The notes beneath the pieces are model-generated. The model saw only the letters and a list, made by a program, of their open reading frames with translations. It was not told the DNA's origin and searched no databases. The position numbers and the translations under genes were made by a program. 64,000 nt of DNA from Candidatus Omnitrophota bacterium (GTDB lineage Bacteria > Omnitrophota > Gorgyraeia > Gygaellales > Profunditerraquicolaceae), in assembly GCA_049517335.1 (NCBI GenBank), contig JBEKSD010000003.1, positions 32,185 through 96,184 on the forward strand, written 5' to 3'. Positions 50,857 to 59,936 of the stretch are shown piece after piece. Position 1 is the first letter of the stretch, and every line of letters begins with the position of its first letter.

Positions 50857-51924
50857 TTATAGCTCTATTAGCTCATAGTCAAGATTACCCAGCCCTATTT
50901 CCTGGGCATACACAAGTTGTTTCATCCCGTCCTTGTCAGGATGAGCTGCCTTAAAAATATCTTGGCCACAATTCTTATTCACTATATCAAGACTTGCCTT
51001 GTCAATGCTTACAGGATCAAGTGATGCCAGTATTCCGACATCAGGCCCAATCCGCGGGTTCTCCATGTTCCAACAATCGCATTCTTTACTAATATTAACG
51101 GCGAAGTTCAGGAATCCCACTTTGCCTTTCTTGTCTTTAAGCACGGCTAAACTATACTCGGCTATCTTTTCCTGCGTTTTGTCGCTTCCACCTAAGTCTA
51201 TGAACATCGCCATAGTAGGACAAACCGCTAAACAACTTGCGCAGCCTATGCATTTCTTGCTATCGATTACCGATTTATTGTTTTCGATGCGAATTGCTCC
51301 TACCGGACAGATTATTGAACATTCACCGCAGCCAATGCATTTATCCACATTGACAACAGGGGAAACATCGCAATGTTGCGCAAGCTTGCCCTCTCTGGTA
51401 GCGCAACCCATACCGATGTTTTTCAATGCGCCTCCAAATCCGGTCAAGATATGCCCCTTGAAATGGCTGACGGCGACAAGCGCATCCGCATCAATAAAGA
51501 CACTGGCGAGCTTAGCAGTCTTGATGAATTTCTGATTGATTTGGATATCGATTGCGTCTTCTTTCTTATTGTCATCCGGGATGAGAACATCCACACCTAC
51601 CGTCTCTTTTGTGAAACCGTGCTCATGGGCAAGCTGCAAATGGTCCTTAGAGTTTAAGCGCTTGCCGCGATAAAGCGTGTTTGCGTCTGAGAGGAATGCC
51701 TTTGCGCCTTTATGGGCAATCCCGTCGCAGACAACACGCAGATGCTCAGGCCTGACAAAATTAAGATTACCCGCTTCTCCGAAATGCACCTTCAGCGCAA
51801 CCTTATAATCTTTCTGAATGAAATCTAGGACCTTGCTTACAGCAAGCAGTTTTTTAAGCCTATTATTTATGCTTTTAACCTTATCAGAATCCTTTACCGC
51901 TACGAAATATACTTTACTTTTCAT
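50857..51924 (-). CDS. DUF362-domain protein fused to a 2x[4Fe-4S] ferredoxin domain
   Basis: The motifs CIGCGECSIICP and CIGCASCLAVCP are present. The likely start is MKSKVYF. The ORF track starts 7 codons upstream. Confidence 0.6.
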   Translation of the reverse strand: MKSKVYFVAVKDSDKVKSINNRLKKLLAVSKVLDFIQKDYKVALKVHFGEAGNLNFVRPEHLRVVCDGIAHKGAKAFLSDANTLYRGKRLNSKDHLQLAHEHGFTKETVGVDVLIPDDNKKEDAIDIQINQKFIKTAKLASVFIDADALVAVSHFKGHILTGFGGALKNIGMGCATREGKLAQHCDVSPVVNVDKCIGCGECSIICPVGAIRIENNKSVIDSKKCIGCASCLAVCPTMAMFIDLGGSDKTQEKIAEYSLAVLKDKKGKVGFLNFAVNISKECDCWNMENPRIGPDVGILASLDPVSIDKASLDIVNKNCGQDIFKAAHPDKDGMKQLVYAQEIGLGNLDYELIEL

Positions 51925-51972
51925 AGGCTGATCTCCCTGCTGCAAATAACTTTCAAAGTATTCGCAGCTATT

Positions 51973-52410
51973 TCATATGAGCGCTTTTGCTAATTTCTTA
52001 CCCAGCTCTTTTGCCTTTTCTAAGTCCACCTTCTTAGGCTTACCTTCCACGAGTAAGGACTCAGTAACCTTTTTTAATTTAAATCTCTCTGCCATCGTTT
52101 CCAGGCTGCTAAGTGCCTTTCCGCCTCCGCCGTGACTGACAAAAGAAACATAGGGTCTGTTGGTAATCTTACCTTCAGAGGGATAACAAGTCCGGTCAAA
52201 GAAATCCTTTAACGCGCCTGCCATATAACTGAAATAATCCGGGGTTCCAAAACAATAGCCGTCAGAGGATAGTAAATCCTCTAAGCTTGCTTCAGATGCC
52301 TTTTTTAATATTACATCTATAGCGCAAGATTCAACTCCTTCCTTTACGGCAAGAGCCAATTTTTCTGTATTTCCTGTCTGGGTATGATAAACCACTAGAA
52401 CTTTAGCCAT
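51973..52410 (-). CDS. flavodoxin
   Basis: MAKVLVVYHTQTGNTEKLA is the flavodoxin FMN-binding T/S-x-T-G-x-T loop. The protein is ~145 aa. Confidence 0.7.
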   Translation of the reverse strand: MAKVLVVYHTQTGNTEKLALAVKEGVESCAIDVILKKASEASLEDLLSSDGYCFGTPDYFSYMAGALKDFFDRTCYPSEGKITNRPYVSFVSHGGGGKALSSLETMAERFKLKKVTESLLVEGKPKKVDLEKAKELGKKLAKALI

Positions 52411-52930
52411 TTTTATTCCTCCATCCCTCATGCATTACGATTTCTTGAAGAGCTAATCTGTCTTTTTGTCCCAGGCAAGGTTTATCCGGATATCCTAAGG
52501 TCAAGAGGTCCACTACTCGGATATCTTGAGGGATGCCCAAAATCTCTTTAACCTGATCTTCATAAAAAGCCCCGATCCAGCAAGTCCCCAATCCCTCTTC
52601 AGTTGCCTTAAGCGCCATATGTTCAATGGCAATAGCCAGATCAATGGGATAAGACAATTGGCCGCAGGTCATTACCTGGTTATCGGTCTTAGCACAACAG
52701 GCGATTACTACCGGTGCTTGAGCCACAAAGGCTTGGTTTTTGGCTGCTTTCATAAGGCGCTGCCGGGTACTTTTATCCTGAACCAGAATAAATCTCCATT
52801 CCTGCCGGTTACTTGCAGAAGGCGCAAGTCTAGCTGCTTCAAGAATACTCTCGAGTTTTTCTTTCTCAAGCGCTCGGTCCTGGTAACTGCGCACGCTGCA
52901 TCTTCTTTTAATCGCTTCCATGACGTTCAT
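52403..52930 (-). CDS. nitroreductase-family protein
   Basis: RRCSVRSY...APSASNRQEW is the nitroreductase FMN-site signature. Confidence 0.75.
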   Translation of the reverse strand: MNVMEAIKRRCSVRSYQDRALEKEKLESILEAARLAPSASNRQEWRFILVQDKSTRQRLMKAAKNQAFVAQAPVVIACCAKTDNQVMTCGQLSYPIDLAIAIEHMALKATEEGLGTCWIGAFYEDQVKEILGIPQDIRVVDLLTLGYPDKPCLGQKDRLALQEIVMHEGWRNKNG

Positions 52931-52942
52931 AGTTTACTCCTT

Positions 52943-53317
52943 CTAAAAACTGGTTATATTTTTGCATTGGTCGATCCTACGCATAACCTTGAATCTGTTA
53001 TTTCTTACACGTTCCATAATTAGTTTATATGGTCTGCCTTTCTTCCATGGGATCTTAAAGTTTTCTCTAAGCCATCGACCAATCTCTTTATGGCACAATT
53101 CTCTGCAAACATGATCCCAAAAAGATTTTTTATCAATATTCACTCGAATTCCATCATATTTTCCCTTTAATATCAAAACGATATATTTCCATCTTTTATC
53201 GAAGTAAGCATCTCTATCCTTAACCCTTATTTTTATACCATATCCTGCGCCTGTAGAATAATGCTTACCATTATTCCATACGCTTACTATTATTTTTCTC
53301 TTCAGCGCTATACTCAT
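52943..53317 (-). CDS. hypothetical protein
   Basis: 124 aa, basic and AT-rich. No motif was recognised. Confidence 0.3.
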   Translation of the reverse strand: MSIALKRKIIVSVWNNGKHYSTGAGYGIKIRVKDRDAYFDKRWKYIVLILKGKYDGIRVNIDKKSFWDHVCRELCHKEIGRWLRENFKIPWKKGRPYKLIMERVRNNRFKVMRRIDQCKNITSF

Positions 53318-53341
53318 TTTTCTATAATTTATTGATAAAAT

Positions 53342-53932
53342 CTAAAATTTAGGCGACGATTCTTGCTGCTGTTTGCTTTGTTGTGATTCAAGCTCAACAT
53401 CAATATATGAAACAGAGTAATAATTCACTTCGTGATCAAATTGTTCACCGAATTCCTCGTCAATCCCTAGGATAGTTTTTCCGTCATTCCACTCTATTGA
53501 TTTTCGCACAGCATCTTCTTTGCCTGTTCCATATTCTTGTTTTGCATTAGAAATGAACTCATCCCAAGAAGGATGATATTGATAAGAGTACTGTATGGAT
53601 ATGCCGTATAATCTCCCATTGAAAAAAGAACAAAACACCTGATAAACATTAGGGACTTCTTTCATAGTCCCCCCATTGTCGATATTGTACATCCGTGAAT
53701 AAGCCAGATATGGCCTTCCCGGTATTTGCTGATAAGTTACTTTAGATTTAAATTCTTCCTCGCTCATCCCCAGAGTTAGATCTTCGAAGTTTCTACTTAT
53801 CGGTTTTTTAACAGTGGCACCATTACCACACCCAATAAGAAATAACATTGGTATGATAAAAATAGTTATGACCTTCTTCACGGTTCCTCCTTGTTCAGAG
53901 TATTTAACGAATTCTATTAAGGCAGATATCAA
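53342..53932 (-). CDS. hypothetical lipoprotein
   Basis: TM plus lipobox (FLIGCG). Confidence 0.35.
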   Translation of the reverse strand: MISALIEFVKYSEQGGTVKKVITIFIIPMLFLIGCGNGATVKKPISRNFEDLTLGMSEEEFKSKVTYQQIPGRPYLAYSRMYNIDNGGTMKEVPNVYQVFCSFFNGRLYGISIQYSYQYHPSWDEFISNAKQEYGTGKEDAVRKSIEWNDGKTILGIDEEFGEQFDHEVNYYSVSYIDVELESQQSKQQQESSPKF

Positions 53933-53974
53933 TGTGTTCCCGGGAACTTTAGGAAAAGGTTATTTAAGGTTTAA

Positions 53975-56362
53975 TTAAACTACGATGTTAACCAGCTTTT
54001 TTGGGACGATGATGAAATTCCTAATAGGCTTTCCTTCCAGCCAGGATTTGATTTTCTCATCGGAAAGAACGAAGACTTTGAGCTTATCTTCGGACAGATC
54101 CGCGGGAATATCCATCTTCGAACGAACCTTCCCGTTTACCTGAATTACTATTGTCACAGTATCCTCAATTAACATTTCGGGGTTAAACTTAGGCCACTCT
54201 GCTTTAAATATACTGTCGCTATTACCTAAAATATGCCAGAGCTCTTCGGCAAAATGCGGAATAATCGGGGAAAGTAGCAAAACAAGCTTACTAAAAACTT
54301 CTTTATCCGAGCCCTGCTGATAAATTGCGTTGGTGAGCTCCATAAGAGAAGCGATTGCGGTATTGAATTTAAACTCCTCTACATCTTCAGAAACCTTTTT
54401 TATCGTTTTATGCATTATCCGGATGAGTTCGGGGCTGGCTTTACTTTTTAAATTATCCTGAATGCGCCAGACACGGTTTAAGAATTTAAAAGCTCCTTCG
54501 ATCCCCCGGTCATCCCATTCCAACTCTGTCTCAGGAGGTGCGGCGAATAAAATAAACAACCGTAAAGTATCGGCACCATATTTTGAAATTATGGAATCGG
54601 GATCAACGATGTTGCCGCGCGATTTTGACATTACCTCCCCGTCTTTTAAAACCATACCCTGGGTTAAAAGGCGCTTGAACGGCTCCTCGAAATTAATCAT
54701 CCCGAGGTCTTTAAAGAATTTGGTAAAAAACCGGGAATATAGCAGGTGCAATATCGCATGCTCTATCCCGCCGATATACTGGTCCACCGGCATCCAGTAT
54801 TTTGTTTCTTTCATGTCAAATGGCGCGCCCTCAAATTTCGGGGAACAGAATCTTAAAAAATACCAGGAAGAATCAAAGAAAGTAGCCATGGTATCTGTCT
54901 CACGCCGCGCCGCACCCTTACACTTCGGGCATTTTACATTGACAAATTTTTCTACCTTCCCCAGCGGGCTGCCGCCTTCTCCGGTAAACGGAGCAGCACT
55001 CGGCAATTCTACGGGTAAATCTTCGTAAGGCACAGGCACAACTGCACATTTCGGGCAATAGATCATGGGAATAGGTGTGCCCCAATAACGCTGGCGCGAG
55101 ATAAGCCAGTCACGCAGGCGCCAGTGCGTCTCAATTTTACCTATCCCTTTCTTCTCCATCCATTGCGCAATCTTTATTTTTGCTTCCTGATTTGACAGAC
55201 CATTAAATTCTCCGGAGTTAACCTGGATACCATCGCCTTCATATGCTTCATCCATTGCCTCAAGAGAATCCGGGCCCTTTATTACGATGCGCATGGGTAG
55301 GTTATGCTCTCTGGCGAACAAAAAGTCGCGCTGATCATGCGTAGGCACGCTCATGATCGCGCCCGTACCGTACTCCATCAGCACATAATCCGCAATCCAT
55401 ATCGGCATTTCCTCATTATTCACCGGGTTAACCGCGAAACATCCGCTGAATATCCCTTCCTTCTTAACATCCGAAGAGGAACGTACGACTTTGCTTTCCT
55501 TGGAAACCTTCTCGATGAATTTCAAAACTTCTTTTTCCTGAAAGTTCCCCTTGATGAGTTCCTTGACCAAGGGATACTCCGGGGCTAAAACAATATAAGT
55601 TGCCCCGAAAATAGTATCTACGCGCGTGGTAAAAACAGGAATGATCTTTTCTGAATTTTTGAGGCGGAAATAAATCTGCACACCCTGGCTCTTCCCGATC
55701 CAGTTCGACTGCATGGCCAGGACCCTTGAAGGCCACTGTCCCAACTGATCTAAATCTTCCAGAAGCCTTTGGCGGTAATCGGTGATCTTCAAATACCACT
55801 GCTCAAGGTCCTTCTGTTCGACCTTGGTATTGCACCTCCAGCAGCCGCCGTCAACAACCTCCTCATTGGCAAGCGTGGTTGAGCATGACGGGCACCAGTT
55901 GACATTTGAGGCTTTCTTATAGGCAAGCCCGCGCTCAAACATTTTTAAGAATATCCACTGGTTCCATTTATAGTAAGACGCATCAGAGGTAGAAATTTCC
56001 CTTTCCCAGTCATAAGAAAAGCCCATCTTTTTAAGCTCAACGCGCATCCAATCAATGCATTTATGCGTCCAAGCGTCCGGCTTGGTCTTATTCTTAATCG
56101 CGGCGTTCTCCGCCGGCTGGCCGAAAGCGTCAAACCCCATGGGATGCAATACATTAAAACCCTGGATCATCTTGACCCGGGCTGCGGCATCCGCGATGGT
56201 GTAATTACGCACATGACCCATATGAATTTTTCCCGAAGGATAAGGAAACATCTCAAGCAGGTAATATTTCTTCTTATCCGGATTTGCGCTGACATTAAAA
56301 ATACGCATCCTTTGCCAGCATTCCTGCCACTTTTTTTCTATTTCTCTAAAATTGTAATCCAT
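53975..56362 (-). CDS. leuS: leucyl-tRNA synthetase
   Basis: HMGH (…GKIHMGHVRNYT) and KMSKS (VMSKSRGN) motifs in a 795 aa protein. Confidence 0.95.
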   Translation of the reverse strand: MDYNFREIEKKWQECWQRMRIFNVSANPDKKKYYLLEMFPYPSGKIHMGHVRNYTIADAAARVKMIQGFNVLHPMGFDAFGQPAENAAIKNKTKPDAWTHKCIDWMRVELKKMGFSYDWEREISTSDASYYKWNQWIFLKMFERGLAYKKASNVNWCPSCSTTLANEEVVDGGCWRCNTKVEQKDLEQWYLKITDYRQRLLEDLDQLGQWPSRVLAMQSNWIGKSQGVQIYFRLKNSEKIIPVFTTRVDTIFGATYIVLAPEYPLVKELIKGNFQEKEVLKFIEKVSKESKVVRSSSDVKKEGIFSGCFAVNPVNNEEMPIWIADYVLMEYGTGAIMSVPTHDQRDFLFAREHNLPMRIVIKGPDSLEAMDEAYEGDGIQVNSGEFNGLSNQEAKIKIAQWMEKKGIGKIETHWRLRDWLISRQRYWGTPIPMIYCPKCAVVPVPYEDLPVELPSAAPFTGEGGSPLGKVEKFVNVKCPKCKGAARRETDTMATFFDSSWYFLRFCSPKFEGAPFDMKETKYWMPVDQYIGGIEHAILHLLYSRFFTKFFKDLGMINFEEPFKRLLTQGMVLKDGEVMSKSRGNIVDPDSIISKYGADTLRLFILFAAPPETELEWDDRGIEGAFKFLNRVWRIQDNLKSKASPELIRIMHKTIKKVSEDVEEFKFNTAIASLMELTNAIYQQGSDKEVFSKLVLLLSPIIPHFAEELWHILGNSDSIFKAEWPKFNPEMLIEDTVTIVIQVNGKVRSKMDIPADLSEDKLKVFVLSDEKIKSWLEGKPIRNFIIVPKKLVNIVV

Positions 56363-56364
56363 TT

Positions 56365-56751
56365 TTATTTTATGCGCGCGGGAAGAAGGGAAACCATTGT
56401 TTTTATTCCGTGCAAAACCGCATCAATAGTGCAGGGTTTGGCCAGATAATGGTCCGCCTCCATATCATAGCCCTTCCTGATTGAGTCAAGCTCGGCATTA
56501 GTGCTGATAATGATTACCGGCCGCCATCGGTCATTAATATTGGTCCTGATCTCTTTTAAAACATCAAAACCATTGAGTTTAGGCATAATCAGGTCTAAAA
56601 GGATAATATCGGGATTACAGTCTTTTACCATCCTTAACCCCTCTTCTCCGTCAAAAGCCTCAATGACGTCGTAACCTTCGCGCTGCAAGCGGGGCTTAAG
56701 GGTTTCAATTATCTCTTTATCGTCATCTACTAAAAGTAATTTATGCGGCAT
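56365..56751 (-). CDS. single-domain response regulator (CheY-like receiver)
   Basis: LLVDDD...D...ILLDLIMP...K fits the receiver-domain Asp/Lys pattern. The protein is 128 aa. Confidence 0.75.
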   Translation of the reverse strand: MPHKLLLVDDDKEIIETLKPRLQREGYDVIEAFDGEEGLRMVKDCNPDIILLDLIMPKLNGFDVLKEIRTNINDRWRPVIIISTNAELDSIRKGYDMEADHYLAKPCTIDAVLHGIKTMVSLLPARIK

Positions 56752-56776
56752 ATTTATCCTCTTAATATATAATAAG

Positions 56777-56849
56777 TGGAGCTGAGGGGGATTGAACCCC
56801 TGACCCCTTGCATGCCATGCAAGTGCTCTCCCAGCTGAGCTACAGCCCC
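56777..56849 (-). tRNA. tRNA-Ala (anticodon GGC)
   Basis: The manually folded RNA is GGGGCUGUAGCUCAGCUGGGAGAGC-ACUUGCAUGGCAUGCAAG-...-GGUUCAAUCCCCUCAGCUCCA. It has a G3:U70 pair, the anticodon loop AUGGCAU and no encoded CCA. Confidence 0.85.
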
Positions 56850-56912
56850 GAAATTAATCTATTGACCTTTGTTATTTTAGAATATAAAATAAGCTCCGTC
56901 AATCTTAATCTT

Positions 56913-56995
56913 GCCGAGGTGGTGGAATGGCATACACGTCGGTCTCAAAAACCGATGAGTTCACGCTCGTGAGGGTTCAACTCCCTCCCTCGGCA
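56913..56995 (+). tRNA. tRNA-Leu (anticodon CAA), type II with a long variable arm
   Basis: The acceptor stem is GCCGAGG/CCUCGGC. The anticodon arm is UCGGU-CUCAAAA-ACCGA. The T-arm is GAGGG-UUCAACU-CCCUC. The RNA is 83 nt. Confidence 0.85.
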
Positions 56996-57015
56996 TTATC
57001 TTTTTCTCTCCTCGT

Positions 57016-58101
57016 CTATAAATCTCCATTTTTGCCTTTCTTTGGCATAACTTTTGGCATAAGACCGGTATCTATTTTTGTTATCTCTAATCCCCGTGCC
57101 ACATTCTCCGGCGTAGCGTGTGCGTAATATTTAAAAATAGTTGCGCTATCCTTATGCCCTGTTATTGCCTTTACCACTTCCACATTGGCTGTATTATCTA
57201 AAATGTTAGTTACTACCCAATGCCTAAATATATGGTTAGTGATATTCTTTTTTATGTCTAGCTCCTTACAGGCACGCTTTACATAATTTAATAACAGGTC
57301 TTTCCCTATAAAATCTGTTCCTTTATGGAATGGCGGGTAGAGCAAACCATCGGGCTTATATTTCTTCATCTTCTTCAGGAGGATTATGTGTTCATTAAAA
57401 ACCATACAATCCTGATCCGTTAATTTTGCTGGTCTTGGCTCTGTTTTAGCATTTCTGATATACACAATCTTGCTGGCTAAATCCACATCAGAAATGAGCA
57501 TTTTCCTAAACTCACTCCTTCGCCATCCTCTAGTAATAACGAAATATATCCAAGCGTAGAAGTAAGGTTTATTCTTATAAAACCATTTAAGAATCTTTAA
57601 CCGTTCTTCCTGAGTAGGCAGAATCCAAACTTTCTTCTCAAAAGGAAAACTCCTTATTTCCTTGGGGTCAAACTTTGTAACCAGTCTTTTATTTAATGCG
57701 CTCTTGCCTATTTCCTTCAGATAATCAAGGTCTCTATTTATGCCTGATTTTGACCTTCCCTCATCGTGTTTACTGTTTTTGTAGTCGTTAAGTAGGCTTT
57801 CTGAATAATCTTCCATTGATTGTCTTGACCGCTTCTGAAGAAATATATCAAAGTGATGCACTGTCTCCAGAAATACTTCTCTCGTAGCATCAGAGGGTCT
57901 CTTGCTTTCTAAAACTTGTAAGGCAAAATCCTTGAAAGCAGTATCTTTAGTTAATATCCCCCCAAGTTCCCGCCTCCCAGCTTCATCCTTGGCATCTTTT
58001 TTCCCAGGATATTTGCTTTTGGGGATAGTGGCAAATTTCTGCTTACTATCAACCATCCACCAAATACGCCAACTATTTTTCCGTGAAACTACTCCAGCCA
58101 T
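57016..58101 (-). CDS. int: tyrosine-type site-specific integrase
   Basis: The C-terminal catalytic motifs HIFRHWVVT (HxxR) and GHKDSATIFKYYAH (catalytic Tyr) are present. The gene is adjacent to the tRNA. Confidence 0.85.
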   Translation of the reverse strand: MAGVVSRKNSWRIWWMVDSKQKFATIPKSKYPGKKDAKDEAGRRELGGILTKDTAFKDFALQVLESKRPSDATREVFLETVHHFDIFLQKRSRQSMEDYSESLLNDYKNSKHDEGRSKSGINRDLDYLKEIGKSALNKRLVTKFDPKEIRSFPFEKKVWILPTQEERLKILKWFYKNKPYFYAWIYFVITRGWRRSEFRKMLISDVDLASKIVYIRNAKTEPRPAKLTDQDCMVFNEHIILLKKMKKYKPDGLLYPPFHKGTDFIGKDLLLNYVKRACKELDIKKNITNHIFRHWVVTNILDNTANVEVVKAITGHKDSATIFKYYAHATPENVARGLEITKIDTGLMPKVMPKKGKNGDL

Positions 58102-58105
58102 AAGT

Positions 58106-58270
58106 TTATTGCTTGCCGTCCTTTTTCATTTTACTTAATACTTCAGCTAAGTCATATCTGTGATTTCTCCCAATTACGAGAGCAGGAATTATTCCCTTCC
58201 TCCTGTAATAATCAACCATCGCTGGGGAAATCTTTAATTCCTTTGCCAATTCTTCCTTATCAATAAGCAT
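58106..58270 (-). CDS. xis: excisionase/AlpA-like HTH DNA-binding protein (54 aa; not in the ORF track)
   Basis: Manual translation gives MLIDKEELAKELKISPAMVDYYRRKGIIPALVIGRNHRYDLAEVLSKMKKDGKQ*. It lies directly upstream of int. Confidence 0.65.
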   Translation of the reverse strand: MLIDKEELAKELKISPAMVDYYRRKGIIPALVIGRNHRYDLAEVLSKMKKDGKQ

Positions 58271-58273
58271 TTT

Positions 58274-58849
58274 TTAACCCTCCTGTTTTACCAAAATTCG
58301 CTTTCCTAATTGCCTGTTCTTTTTCCTAATTCCACTGTATCGCAAATAATACCCCCCTGTTGCTCTCGGTCTTTTATCTTTACTTCCAAGATGCCTCCCA
58401 AGCTTAATCCCATCTCTTTTTGCTCTTTCTAAACCACTGATTACCCTACTCCTGATAATTTCCCTCTCCAACTCGCCAAAAACTCCCAAGAGTTGCCAAA
58501 ATGCTTTAGACACAGGGTCATCTGCCTTAGCGGTATCAATATTGTCCGTAACAGATACTAACCTAATTTTCCTATTCCTAAATTCTTGGAATAAATTCAA
58601 GAGGTGTGATAGGCTGCGGGCTATGCGGTCTAATTTATAGATTACAATAACATCGAATTTCTTATTCCTCATATCAATTAAAAGCTGATTTAATTGCGGT
58701 CTTGATTCTTTGGCGCCGCTAACGCCAACGTCAACATATTCCCTAAAGACCTTTATCTTATGCTCACGACAGAAATCCCTAGGTGGCAATAGCTGTGTTT
58801 CAGCAACCTGTTTGCCTGTAGAGACTCTGCCATAAATTGCTCCCAACAT
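58274..58849 (-). CDS. serine recombinase (resolvase/invertase family)
   Basis: AIYGRVSTGKQ is the catalytic Ser motif, inside the resolvase N-terminal domain. Confidence 0.8.
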   Translation of the reverse strand: MLGAIYGRVSTGKQVAETQLLPPRDFCREHKIKVFREYVDVGVSGAKESRPQLNQLLIDMRNKKFDVIVIYKLDRIARSLSHLLNLFQEFRNRKIRLVSVTDNIDTAKADDPVSKAFWQLLGVFGELEREIIRSRVISGLERAKRDGIKLGRHLGSKDKRPRATGGYYLRYSGIRKKNRQLGKRILVKQEG

Positions 58850-58984
58850 AAAACCTCCTTTACTTATTCCGAATTACCCCTAGTAGGGTTTAGTTATATA
58901 AAAAATAACCTATAAATCTGTACCCCCAAAGGATTATTTTATCTTTGAAAATCATGGTCACGGAACTTTGGGGAAAACAAGAAG

Positions 58985-59200
58985 TTACCAAAATCCATTA
59001 GGCTCAGAAATTGGTATTTTTAATTTTCTCCTGCTCCTTTTTATGCGAGAATCTTGTTCAAGCTTGAATCGGCAAAAAGGACACGCCTCTGCGCTCACGC
59101 CATTCTTTAATATTTCCTTATCTGGATACCACCAACCACCACAAGTCTGACATTCCTCCAAATTTACCTTAGCCTTTGCTCCTAACGGTTCTTTTTCCAT
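58985..59200 (-). CDS. small zinc-finger protein
   Basis: CQTCGG...CPFC in 71 aa. Confidence 0.35.
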   Translation of the reverse strand: MEKEPLGAKAKVNLEECQTCGGWWYPDKEILKNGVSAEACPFCRFKLEQDSRIKRSRRKLKIPISEPNGFW

Positions 59201-59280
59201 CTGATTCCTCCTTGTTAATTAAATTATTCCATAAATAAATCAAATTACTAACCCCCACTTTGTTTAAATAAAGTCTTGAT

Positions 59281-59309
59281 AAAATAAAAACCCAGTCTTA
59301 AAGACTGGG
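59281..59309 (-). terminator. rho-independent terminator downstream of the 59343-61274 gene pair
   Basis: The stem cccagtct/agactggg is followed on the minus-strand RNA by UUUUUAUUUU. Confidence 0.55.
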
Positions 59310-59342
59310 TATAAAAATTGATTTTAGTATTATACTTAGTTC

Positions 59343-59927
59343 TTAATCGTATTTCTTACTATAAACAATCTCCTTGATTGTCTTAATTGTTCTATGATAT
59401 TTACGTGATAGCCAATCAATAGCATATGAAGGTTTATCTCCTCTTTTCCTCAGTTTCTTAAATTCTGCCCTAATCTTTCTTTTATACTCAAAATAGTCAA
59501 TATTTTTAAGGGCTCCGTATTTGAATTTTCTTCCTTTTAATGATTTTTTGATTTCAGGCAAATAATCTCTTATATCTCCTGAATTTGCCCATTCGGGGAT
59601 AGATAAATTAATTTCTGCATCTTTACCTTTTGATTCCACTTTGAGCCCTTTAAGAACTGGTTTATTACCCCTGAAACCTTGAAGCCCCCATTTTAAACAA
59701 AGCCGACTCATAGCAAAAAATGCAATCATATATTTTCTTTTTCTTAGATGATTAAGATTTAAATCCTCTCCGGCTATCTTCTTTAATTCTGACAAGTCTT
59801 TTTGAAATTCGGGTTTGGACTCTAACTCTCTTAGTTTAGCCTGAAGTCTTCTAACATATGGAAGGTAAATGATTTTAGGCGGGCAATTCCTATTAGCTAA
59901 TTCTTTTAACGCTTCTTCCTTTTTCAT
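59343..59927 (-). CDS. hypothetical highly basic protein (island cargo)
   Basis: 194 aa and K/R-rich. No motif was recognised. Confidence 0.35.
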   Translation of the reverse strand: MKKEEALKELANRNCPPKIIYLPYVRRLQAKLRELESKPEFQKDLSELKKIAGEDLNLNHLRKRKYMIAFFAMSRLCLKWGLQGFRGNKPVLKGLKVESKGKDAEINLSIPEWANSGDIRDYLPEIKKSLKGRKFKYGALKNIDYFEYKRKIRAEFKKLRKRGDKPSYAIDWLSRKYHRTIKTIKEIVYSKKYD

Positions 59928-59936
59928 AATGTATAT

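Noticed and set aside
54462-55799. Several 94-188 aa ORFs on both strands inside leuS
   Set aside because: leuS is continuous with HMGH and KMSKS motifs. The internal ORFs are out-of-frame or antisense artefacts.
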